64,000 nucleotides of DNA, from NCBI GenBank assembly GCA_002499195.1, contig DAKS01000039.1:11720-75719 (forward strand), read 5' to 3'. The notes under the pieces are model-generated. The model did no database searches. It had not been told where the DNA came from and saw only the letters and a program-made list of their open reading frames with translations. A program made the position numbers and the translations under genes. Source of the DNA: Euryarchaeota archaeon UBA443. GTDB lineage: Archaea > Thermoplasmatota > Poseidoniia > Poseidoniales > Poseidoniaceae. Below, one piece after another: positions 9,818-18,610 of this stretch (position 1 is its first letter; each line of letters opens with the position of its first letter).

Positions 9818-10288
9818 TCATTGAGGTACAGAACTATTGCTTACCCAATCAAGCAAATCAAGGGCGACTTCACAAGATTCACTAACCTCGATGTGCTCAT
9901 CATTGAGGTATTTCTTCAAGACTGGAATCGCTTCGACATTGCCGATTGCTCCGAGTGCTTCAGCAGCTTCATGGCGAACCATGACATGCTCGCTTGAATC
10001 GGAAAGAATCCTTACGAGAGTAGGAATCGCTTCATCCATTTGCATCTGCCCAAGAACATAAGCCAACTCATGTCGAAGAAGAGCACTTTGTGAATCGAAT
10101 GCCTCGCACAGAACTAAGCAAGATTCTGTACTTCTAATATTTCGTAACTTAAACACGGAGCGCATGCGTTGAAACATCTTCTGATTTTCATCAAGGAGTA
10201 TTTCTCTAAGTGTTTCCAACTTAGATGATTCTGAAGCAGGTGCTGGATCAACGGAACCATATTCACTCGATTCAGGTCGTCGATTCAT
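9818..10288 (-). CDS. HEAT-repeat protein, half-size deoxyhypusine hydroxylase-like
   Basis: SVDPAP, SALLRHELAYVLGQMQ, MVRHEAAEALGAIG, ESCEVALD. Confidence 0.8.
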   Translation of the reverse strand: MNRRPESSEYGSVDPAPASESSKLETLREILLDENQKMFQRMRSVFKLRNIRSTESCLVLCEAFDSQSALLRHELAYVLGQMQMDEAIPTLVRILSDSSEHVMVRHEAAEALGAIGNVEAIPVLKKYLNDEHIEVSESCEVALDLLDWVSNSSVPQ

Positions 10289-10293
10289 ACCTA

Positions 10294-11175
10294 TTACTCC
10301 AAAGCGCCGATGAATGCCATACTTTCGACATCGAAATCTTCGCGAATCATCCCTAACCCTTGGCCTTCTTTGAGAAACTGTCGAATCGATGAACGACCGT
10401 CTGTTTTGTAATCAATGGTTCGTTCGTTAACGTACATTGTAACAAATTTCTGATTTGTTTCATCATCTATTCCACGACCCCATGCTTTTGCAAACTCAAG
10501 TGCTTCTTCAGGATGCTTAATCGAATGTTCGATACTCATCTTGGTGTACATAGTGATATCCTCCATAACCTGTTGTCCGAGATCTCTACGAACAACATTA
10601 CCGCCGAGTGGCATAGGCCAACCATCAGTACGTTCATTCCACCATATGCCAAGATCGATAAGGACATTCAAATCATGCTCGACATATGTCAATTGTCCTT
10701 CATGTATAATCAAACCACATCGGTATGTGTCATCAAGAATCCTAGGTATGATTTCATCAAATGGGACTACCTCTACGTTGACATTTCCCCAAGCTAAACG
10801 AAGGCCGAGATAGGCAGATGTTTTCAAGCCCGGGATAGCAATGGTCGATGATTTAGCATCTTCGAGAGTCAATCCTTTTTTTGCAACAATCATAGGACCA
10901 TAGCCTTCTCCCATCGAAGCACCACAATTCATGAGAGCATAATCTTCAGCGATGTCTGGGTACGCGTGGATTGATACCGCGGACACTTCAAGTTCACGAT
11001 TCATAGCACGATGATTGAGTGTCTCGATATCTTGTAATTCGTGAACAAAGTTGTAACCAGGAGTGGGAAATGCGTTTGTTGTCATAGCATGAAACATGAA
11101 TGCATCATCGGGATCGGGAGAGTGTCCAATGCGGACGATGAGATTACCATCGTCATCTCGTGGTAGATTGGCCAT
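10294..11175 (-). CDS. mqnD: 1,4-dihydroxy-6-naphthoate synthase (futalosine pathway)
   Basis: GHSPDPDDAFMF, DIETLN, GASMGEGYGP, IIHEGQL, DLG.WW, PMPLGG, MYVNE; start placed at MANLP (ATG 11175). Confidence 0.88.
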   Translation of the reverse strand: MANLPRDDDGNLIVRIGHSPDPDDAFMFHAMTTNAFPTPGYNFVHELQDIETLNHRAMNRELEVSAVSIHAYPDIAEDYALMNCGASMGEGYGPMIVAKKGLTLEDAKSSTIAIPGLKTSAYLGLRLAWGNVNVEVVPFDEIIPRILDDTYRCGLIIHEGQLTYVEHDLNVLIDLGIWWNERTDGWPMPLGGNVVRRDLGQQVMEDITMYTKMSIEHSIKHPEEALEFAKAWGRGIDDETNQKFVTMYVNERTIDYKTDGRSSIRQFLKEGQGLGMIREDFDVESMAFIGALE

Positions 11176-11279
11176 AATACTTCCAAGAACATTCCCTTCA
11201 AGAACCAACCGCATCATTTTAGAAACAAAAATCACTCAGTTAACGGATTGTTTATGTAATTGTTAACATAGTTGTGTAC

Positions 11280-13520
11280 ATGGAAACCGGGACTCGGTTC
11301 AGAAGCACCCTCGTGTTCCTTGTTGTTTCCGTAACAATGTTCAGTTCAGTCAGCGCTTCATCTAGTACTGGATTGTTTTTTCTGGAAGGGATTGAAGTCG
11401 ATGATGCGGATTCGGGAATAAGAACAATTGAAATTGATGCGGATGGGAATATTTTTGCTTCTTTTGGTTCAACTTTGTACAAACTATCAGCCTTAGGTTC
11501 AATCCTAGAAGAGAGATCATTCTCCACCGAAATTTCTGCAACATCTTTATCGCCAGATTTCACAAAATTAGCACTCACATTGCGTTCCGGTGCAAGTGGT
11601 GAAGATTCTGTTTTTTTGCTGTCAACAGGGGATTTGAGTACACTCGTATCAAATGATGTAACGCGTACAAACGCACACCTTCTTGAATGGTCATCGAACG
11701 GTGCTAAACTCTATTCGAATGCACCCGATGCTGGAATTTTGCAATTAAATCGTGAAACTTTGACTCAAGAAACGTCTTATGTCGGAAATCATAGCGGGGA
11801 GATGGCATGTTTTGATGTTTCAGAGTCTAGTGGTTCTGTCCTTACAGCCGATGAGAATGGATTGATTCAGTTGTGGAACAGTGCTGGTGATGTGCTGCAA
11901 CAAGAAATTCTTCTTCAATCGATAATTCATGATTGTAAAATAGGTGACAACGATGAATATTTTTCTATTTCAACTCCTGATAATGGAATCCGTAAATGGA
12001 CCTTTACTGGCTCAGAATTGAAACCAATTGATATTGATGATGCTATACATTTCGAATTGGCTCCAAGTCCAAATGTTATCATTGTTCACAAGGATTCCCC
12101 AACGCAGCACATCCTTGTTTATGATTATCTAAATGAACAAATCATCGACCAAGTTGAAATGTTTCACAATTTTGATGATTATGAGCTTGTATTTGATGAT
12201 GCGGATAATATTGAGAATATTTTTACTAATTCAAAGGTTGATTATGTAGTAAAGTATGGGACAGAAGTTCATCGAATAGGAGTAGGTCAATCAGGAATCG
12301 ATACCGATGGCGATGAGATTCCTGATTCGCTTGATAATGATGACGATGGCGATGGAATCGAAGATAATTGGGATCTAAACTGTGAAGACATAGGGATATC
12401 ATGTGAATTGTTACCTGATGAGAATTATATTCGAAGCATAGACGTTGAAATCAATTCCACACATATTGTTGTAAAACAATCATTTACACTCAACAAAAAA
12501 CATTCGACCACCATAAGGGATTTATCACGCTATTCAATGGATACGGACATCAAACTCATCGAAGCCGAAGCACAGTTGTTTGCGGATTCAATTTGCGGTA
12601 ATATGAATGAAGCACAGCTTGCCAACTCAATCTCTTCGACGATAAACTTCGGTAATGCGACATTGGATTTTGTCAATTTATACTGTTCAATTGAGGATGG
12701 AATGGTCCTCTACTCTGCGAGTGATGGGACATCTCATATCCGTTATTCTGTATCCGTGACATATCGTTTTGATTCCAGTCAATCACTGAATGGGATCGTA
12801 CTTCAAGTGCAGAATAATCGCTTCCATTCCGACGGTAGCATGACTGAATTGAGTGAACAACACCCGCTCTCCATTAGAGTGCACGGTGATGAAATTAGCA
12901 CTCTAGAATATGTCCCTTGGCACATTCAGGAACAACAAGTATCCTTTACGCTTAGCACAAAGGGAGGAAATTCTGAATCACTAGATCCATCATCCATTAT
13001 TTCTTCACCAATCGTAATCGCCATTGGCATAATTGGAATTGGAGGATTTTTATTAGTCGGAATTTTCCTTTTCAAGCGACAATCTGAACGGGATAGTTAC
13101 GATATTACTCTAGATGAAGAGGAAGATGAAGAGGAAGATGAATATTTAGATGAGGAATACGAAGATTATGATTCCGTCGAAGAAGAGGAAATCGAGGAGG
13201 AAGAAATTTCTGAACCGTCGAAACGTAGACCTCCGCCTCGTCGAAGGAAAAAACAAACGTCTAGTAAGCGTGTTCCAGTTCAAAGTAAAGAAGTAAATCA
13301 AGCTCAACAACTTCTTCAGGAATCCTCTAATGAAGTTGTTCGCAAGCGTAGAGCACGCCGTTCCGATTCTACTGTTAAAAGCAAGCGACGGAAATTAAGT
13401 GATGTTCAGAGCGTTGATTCTCAACCTCGAAAGCGTCGAGCGGTGAAGCGCAAGAGCCAATCCGATGATCAAATGGACGAAACGCTGAAACGATTCGTTT
13501 CTGAATCACCAGAGGAATGA
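11280..13520 (+). CDS. Single-pass surface protein: signal peptide, WD40-like beta-propeller, DxDxDG Ca-binding repeat, TM, acidic then basic cytoplasmic tail
   Basis: SLSPD, GNHSGEM..LTADENGLIQLWN, DNGIRKW; DTDGDEIPDSLDNDDDGDGIEDNWD; TM followed by KR; canonical TTTATGTA 29 nt before ATG 11280. Confidence 0.7.
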   Translation: METGTRFRSTLVFLVVSVTMFSSVSASSSTGLFFLEGIEVDDADSGIRTIEIDADGNIFASFGSTLYKLSALGSILEERSFSTEISATSLSPDFTKLALTLRSGASGEDSVFLLSTGDLSTLVSNDVTRTNAHLLEWSSNGAKLYSNAPDAGILQLNRETLTQETSYVGNHSGEMACFDVSESSGSVLTADENGLIQLWNSAGDVLQQEILLQSIIHDCKIGDNDEYFSISTPDNGIRKWTFTGSELKPIDIDDAIHFELAPSPNVIIVHKDSPTQHILVYDYLNEQIIDQVEMFHNFDDYELVFDDADNIENIFTNSKVDYVVKYGTEVHRIGVGQSGIDTDGDEIPDSLDNDDDGDGIEDNWDLNCEDIGISCELLPDENYIRSIDVEINSTHIVVKQSFTLNKKHSTTIRDLSRYSMDTDIKLIEAEAQLFADSICGNMNEAQLANSISSTINFGNATLDFVNLYCSIEDGMVLYSASDGTSHIRYSVSVTYRFDSSQSLNGIVLQVQNNRFHSDGSMTELSEQHPLSIRVHGDEISTLEYVPWHIQEQQVSFTLSTKGGNSESLDPSSIISSPIVIAIGIIGIGGFLLVGIFLFKRQSERDSYDITLDEEEDEEEDEYLDEEYEDYDSVEEEEIEEEEISEPSKRRPPPRRRKKQTSSKRVPVQSKEVNQAQQLLQESSNEVVRKRRARRSDSTVKSKRRKLSDVQSVDSQPRKRRAVKRKSQSDDQMDETLKRFVSESPEE

Positions 13521-14309
13521 TATTTCCTCATCCATATCACAACATCGCGTTAGATATTCTCGTAGTCCGGAAACATGTTGCTCGTCCAAACGATTGAACA
13601 CTTCACCAAAGTATCGGTTCAATCGTTCCATCGACATGTCCGAATGAAGGTGGGCATGGAGCAGGACCTTCTCGCGAGTTAGAGGATCGTTCTCAAATAA
13701 ATCAAGCCTTGATAGAAGTGCCTCATGAGCTGCTTTGACTGCTTCTAAAGGTGTATCCTTTCGAGCAGCAAAGACACCAAAAACCATTGGCTGTCCCGTC
13801 AATTCCAACCAGGCTTGACCGAGATCGAGGCGAACTAGGTCAGGATTTGTTTTTGCACGGTCTAGTGCACGGTCACCAATGAGTAGGGCACCATCACACC
13901 TCTCAAGCATTGTATCCATGTCAGGGCCCATTTCGACGGGCCGTGGGTCAATTCCTCGCTCCTTCAACAAGTACTTTAGCAACGTTACTGAGGAGGAGGA
14001 GTCGGTTGGTAATGCAATATCTCGCATCTCCTCAAGAGGTCTGTTTCCAAAGACCAAAACACTCCCCACCTCTCCTTTGGAACTGATTCCAATTTCAGGA
14101 ACCAAAGTTAACTCATCATGATGTTTTGCAAAATCAGCGGCTGGTATAGGAGCCAATACACAATCTCGTCGTAAGAGATGACCGGTTAGCCACGAAGGAG
14201 GAGCAGGTAAAACATGGAATGATTCGTCCAATCCTACAAAAAGTGGATCGCAGTTCATAAATGCAACGCGGCCAATTGTTTTCATCCATCGTGGAGTCTG
14301 TTTTAACAT
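13506..14309 (-). CDS. mqnA: Chorismate dehydratase (futalosine pathway)
   Basis: IGRVAFMNCDPL, GEVGSV, SSSSVTLL, ALLIGDRAL, DLGQAW..TGQPMVFGVF. Confidence 0.88.
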   Translation of the reverse strand: MLKQTPRWMKTIGRVAFMNCDPLFVGLDESFHVLPAPPSWLTGHLLRRDCVLAPIPAADFAKHHDELTLVPEIGISSKGEVGSVLVFGNRPLEEMRDIALPTDSSSSVTLLKYLLKERGIDPRPVEMGPDMDTMLERCDGALLIGDRALDRAKTNPDLVRLDLGQAWLELTGQPMVFGVFAARKDTPLEAVKAAHEALLSRLDLFENDPLTREKVLLHAHLHSDMSMERLNRYFGEVFNRLDEQHVSGLREYLTRCCDMDEEISFLW

Positions 14310-14319
14310 TCATTACACC

Positions 14320-15519
14320 TCATGCCATTGGCAGTCTCTTGACTGGTTTTTTGGGAACATATTCCTCAAATTCAGTGTAGATAGTATTACGTTTGATTGG
14401 AACACATCCTGCATTTTGAACTAGTTTCGATAATTGCTGTAGATCATGGGTCAAAGGAGTAATTGAACCAGCAAGATGCATTATTGATTCCTGTTGAACC
14501 GTTCCATCGATGTCATCAGCACCAAATTGTAGGGCCAACTCCGATAACTCATCACCAATATTCATTCGATAGGCCTTGATATGCGCTATACTATCGAGTA
14601 AAATACGAGATACTGCAATGACTCTCAAAATTTCTTGACCTGTGGATAATTGAGCCATAGGCAATCGTGTCGAATCAGGGAGGAAAGGATATGGTACGAA
14701 GCATTGGAATCCATTTGTTAGCGATCCTAAATCACGTAATTTGAGAATGTGGTCAACACGTTGGGATGCCGTCTCAATTGTTCCAAACAGCATCGTGCAA
14801 TTGCTTGGAAGTCCAATATTGTGGGCAGTGCGATGAATATCCAAGTATTCCTGACTAGATTCCTTTCCATTGCAAATAATGGCCCGGACATCATCATCAA
14901 GAATTTCAGCACCTCCGCCAGGTAATGAGGTAAGACCTGCATTCTTGAGCCGTTGAAGAGTTGATTCGATGGACAAGTTTGAGAGTTGAGCTAAGTGCTT
15001 TACTTCAACTGCAGTTAAGGCTTTTATCGAAATGTGAGGGTGTTCTGCTTGAATACGCTGAAACAGTTCTTCATAATGCTCCACAGTCCACTCTGGGTGA
15101 AGTCCACCAACCGAATGTACCTCATCCACATATGGCGAAAATTTCGATAATTCTTCGAGATAGTTTTCAACTGATAATTCGTATGCATCATCGGCTTTCG
15201 GACCTCTGCGGAAGGCACAGAATCGACATGCCAATACACAGATGTTGGTTTGGTTGACGTGTACATTAGAATTGAAGTACGCCCTTTCGCCAAACATCGC
15301 TTGCTTGTGGAGATTAGCCAATCGGCCTAGTTCGAACAAATTGGGTTCAGAAAAGAGAAGAAGACCGTCTTGATGATTCAAAACTTGATCATTGAGGATT
15401 TTGTCAACAATGATTTGCATTGATTCAGACCAATTCTCCTCTCGCAAACTAACTTTCAAATCAGTTCTCCATCGAGGGTTCCTATCCGCCAAAACGGTGG
15501 TTGAAACCCACTCAGTCAT
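14320..15519 (-). CDS. mqnE: CofH-family radical SAM enzyme, probably aminofutalosine synthase
   Basis: NQTNICVLACRFCAF (CxxxCxxC), HSVGGLHP, KALTAVE, LPGGGAEI, HIKAY, FGADDIDGTV.QE.I.H.AG; adjacent to mqnA. Confidence 0.82.
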   Translation of the reverse strand: MTEWVSTTVLADRNPRWRTDLKVSLREENWSESMQIIVDKILNDQVLNHQDGLLLFSEPNLFELGRLANLHKQAMFGERAYFNSNVHVNQTNICVLACRFCAFRRGPKADDAYELSVENYLEELSKFSPYVDEVHSVGGLHPEWTVEHYEELFQRIQAEHPHISIKALTAVEVKHLAQLSNLSIESTLQRLKNAGLTSLPGGGAEILDDDVRAIICNGKESSQEYLDIHRTAHNIGLPSNCTMLFGTIETASQRVDHILKLRDLGSLTNGFQCFVPYPFLPDSTRLPMAQLSTGQEILRVIAVSRILLDSIAHIKAYRMNIGDELSELALQFGADDIDGTVQQESIMHLAGSITPLTHDLQQLSKLVQNAGCVPIKRNTIYTEFEEYVPKKPVKRLPMA

Positions 15520-15541
15520 GACGCTTCCTCATGCTCATTCT

Positions 15542-15548
15542 TCATGAA
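15542..15548 (-). promoter_or_regulatory. TATA-position element TTCATGA, 29 nt before mqnE ATG
   Basis: Recurring motif and offset. Confidence 0.55.
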
Positions 15549-15568
15549 GATGTGGATGTGGCCACAAC

Positions 15569-18457
15569 TCAACGTCGGACACTAAAGAAACCTGAATTCA
15601 TCATGAATTTACGGAATTCCTCTACCAAAAAGACAGTCGAAGCTACAGCTACCAATACTATCCAATCCTCGCCTTCAAGTGGTGTTGTGCTGAGAAGATT
15701 TCCAAATTCAATTCCAATCAGAGGGATAGGGAATGTTGCAAAGTGAACGAACATGAATAGTAAGAATCCTGAAGCAAGAATCGCATAATTGATGGCTCTA
15801 TTTGAGAATAAACCGAGCGAAAAGAGACTTTCTTTTTCAGATCGACAATTCAAGACATTAAACAATTGGAAGACAATAAACACAGCAAAAGTCATGGTTT
15901 GTGCAGCAGCAAATGTCGTATCAGCGTATGAATTCCATGCGCTCAAGGCCATCTCATCACCATCGTTACAGTCTCTAACGGAGAATCCTGCATCGGATTC
16001 AGTAGCAAATGGAGCAAGGCTACATTCGTTTCCATAAACGCCGCCACCAGCAAGGAAGAAGACTATCAGAGTGCCAATAACCATCACTGCACCAAGGTAA
16101 AAGATGAGGGCTATATCTTTGGAATTAGGCAACCCTTCGTCTACAGGGCGCGGCGGACTTGACATTACTTTTCCATGCTGTTTTTCAACACCGAGCGCGA
16201 CCGCAGGAGGCCCATCCATGAGGATATTGATGACTAAAATTTGTGTTGCAGTGAGCGGCAATTCCCAACCAAATATGAATGTCGAGATAACGATAAGTGC
16301 TACCGCAGCAACGTTGGTCGATACCTGATAGCGTACGAAATTTCGAATGTTTTGGTATATCTTTCTACCTTCCTCAACAGCATGGACAATATTAGCGAAA
16401 TTATCATCCTGTAGAACCATATCCGCTGCATCCTTCGCAACATCGGTTCCAGCGATTCCCATAGCAATACCTATGTTTGCTCTAGACAATGCTGGCGCAT
16501 CGTTAACACCATCACCAGTCATGGCAACAATTTCTCCCTGATCTTGTAACGATGATACGATTCTCATCTTTTGATCTGGAGTAACTCGAGAAAAGATTGC
16601 CTTTTCTACAGAATCTGTGAGTTCTTCATCGGACATCAATCTCAACTCAGCACCACTAACCGGCTCTAGATCAGCATCATGGATAGCCAATTCCTGACCG
16701 ATAGCCGATGCTGTCATATGATGATCGCCTGTAATCATTTTTACCTTGATTCCAGCGTCTTGACAGATTCGAATCGCTTCCTTGACTTCGGGGCGCGGAG
16801 GGTCCATGATTCCTACAAGTCCAAGGAAAATCAAATCATTTTCAACGACGTTAATGTCGGATATATCTTCATCATCCTCAAGTTTTCTTGCAGCTAATGC
16901 AATAACTCGCATGGATTGGGAACCCATTTCCTTATTTCTTATTGAAGCCTGTTTGAGGTCCTCCTCACCTATTTTCACCAATTCTCCATCAAGATATCGA
17001 TGGGTTGTTATGGGAACGAATCCACCAGCAGCGCCTTTTGCAAACACCCAGCGCTCTCCTTCATACTCATGAATAACTGACATACGTTTACGCTCGGTAT
17101 CGAAAAAGAATTCATGAAGACGCGGATGACGTTGAGAGAATTTACGGACATCGCCATTCAATTTCCATCCTAGAACCGCACAGGCAGAATCCGTAGGATC
17201 ACCTATTGCAGTCCAACGACCCTCTTGTTTACTGATTTGTGAGTTATGACACAAAGACAGACAAGCGGCTAAAAGACGGAATCCTAAATTGGACTGAAGG
17301 GTCGACATCTTATTTTCATCGAGTTCATTTTCACCATCTCTCAACGTTCCTTCAGGATTAAATCCATCTCCAGTGACACTGTAGTATCCATCAACTGTGT
17401 GAAGTTGACGGACAGTCATTTCATTTTTTGTCAAAGTACCTGTTTTATCGGAGCAAATCACTGTTGTTGAACCAAGGGTTTCAACCGCCTTCATCCTACG
17501 AATAATCGCTTTATGCCTAGCCATATTACGCATGCCAAGAGCAAGGGTAATGACAAGAATAATCGGTAAACCTTCAGGAACAATTGCCACAAAGATCGCA
17601 ATAGCTGTAATGAATTGTTTGATCGCTACGTCGCGAAGCGGATCTGGCCCTCCATATGCGAGAATCAGTTTGATGGAAACTAAGAGTACTGCAACGATGA
17701 GAGCAATGAAACCGAGGAATCTGCCCAGTGATTCAAGCTTCATTTCGAGTGGTGTTTTGGGTGTTTTTGCTTCAGAAATATCACTTGCAATACGCCCAAG
17801 TTGGGTTTTCATTCCGGTTTCGACAACGATTCCTACTGCACGGCCTGTTGCAACTGTGGTCCCCATGTACATCATATTTCGACAGTCGGCAAGAAGTGTA
17901 TTGACGTCCATAGAATCAATATGTTTCGTAATCGGTTCGGATTCACCGGTCAATGCAGATTCATCAACTCGACACTGATAGACTTCAAGCAACCGTAGAT
18001 CCGCTGGTACATTGATTCCTTCTTCTAGTTTGACAATATCACCAGGGACGAGTTCAGTTGTCGGTATCTCCGATTCAAACCCATCACGCAAAGTAATAGA
18101 ATTGGAGATACTCATTTGTTTTAGTGCATCCATGGCTTGTTCCGCTTGACCTTCTTGCCAAAATCCGAAAAAGGCATTCGCAGTAAGTACAAGGAAGATA
18201 AAAATCGCATCACCAGGATGGTCTGGTTTGACTGCTAAGGCAACCAAAGCTGCTGCAATCAATAAATAATTCAGCGGATCATTGTATTGAGAAAGAAATC
18301 TCAAAACTGCAGATGTAGGCTCAGGTTGTTCAAGTTGATTCGGTCCATATTTTTGCATGCGAGAATGGATTTCACTTTGAGTCAGACCATTTGGATTTGC
18401 ATCCAAAACAGAAAGTACCTCATCATTATCCATCGAGTGCCAATTCTGTTGCACCAT
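15569..18457 (-). CDS. P-type (type II, Ca2+-like) cation-transporting ATPase
   Basis: LTGES, VPEGLP, DKTGTLT, KGA, DPPR, MITGD, GDGVNDAPAL. Confidence 0.95.
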   Translation of the reverse strand: MVQQNWHSMDNDEVLSVLDANPNGLTQSEIHSRMQKYGPNQLEQPEPTSAVLRFLSQYNDPLNYLLIAAALVALAVKPDHPGDAIFIFLVLTANAFFGFWQEGQAEQAMDALKQMSISNSITLRDGFESEIPTTELVPGDIVKLEEGINVPADLRLLEVYQCRVDESALTGESEPITKHIDSMDVNTLLADCRNMMYMGTTVATGRAVGIVVETGMKTQLGRIASDISEAKTPKTPLEMKLESLGRFLGFIALIVAVLLVSIKLILAYGGPDPLRDVAIKQFITAIAIFVAIVPEGLPIILVITLALGMRNMARHKAIIRRMKAVETLGSTTVICSDKTGTLTKNEMTVRQLHTVDGYYSVTGDGFNPEGTLRDGENELDENKMSTLQSNLGFRLLAACLSLCHNSQISKQEGRWTAIGDPTDSACAVLGWKLNGDVRKFSQRHPRLHEFFFDTERKRMSVIHEYEGERWVFAKGAAGGFVPITTHRYLDGELVKIGEEDLKQASIRNKEMGSQSMRVIALAARKLEDDEDISDINVVENDLIFLGLVGIMDPPRPEVKEAIRICQDAGIKVKMITGDHHMTASAIGQELAIHDADLEPVSGAELRLMSDEELTDSVEKAIFSRVTPDQKMRIVSSLQDQGEIVAMTGDGVNDAPALSRANIGIAMGIAGTDVAKDAADMVLQDDNFANIVHAVEEGRKIYQNIRNFVRYQVSTNVAAVALIVISTFIFGWELPLTATQILVINILMDGPPAVALGVEKQHGKVMSSPPRPVDEGLPNSKDIALIFYLGAVMVIGTLIVFFLAGGGVYGNECSLAPFATESDAGFSVRDCNDGDEMALSAWNSYADTTFAAAQTMTFAVFIVFQLFNVLNCRSEKESLFSLGLFSNRAINYAILASGFLLFMFVHFATFPIPLIGIEFGNLLSTTPLEGEDWIVLVAVASTVFLVEEFRKFMMNSGFFSVRR

Positions 18458-18610
18458 TGAATCACCTCAGACCCTTAGTAAGAACCTGTACGCTAGCCTC
18501 TCACGACCGACTTATGATTTTGATGGAAGAAAACCCATGAAAATCATCAACTGCCAAAATTGAGCATCGGCCGCCGAATCTTTCTCAAACTTTGTCGATT
18601 TGGCAAGTTC

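Noticed and set aside
13113-13142. 12-bp tandem repeat gatgaagaggaa
   Set aside because: Encodes the DEEE low-complexity tract; not an independent element
14320-15519. F420 biosynthesis CofH
   Set aside because: Adjacency to mqnA and mqnD and absence of cofG favour MqnE
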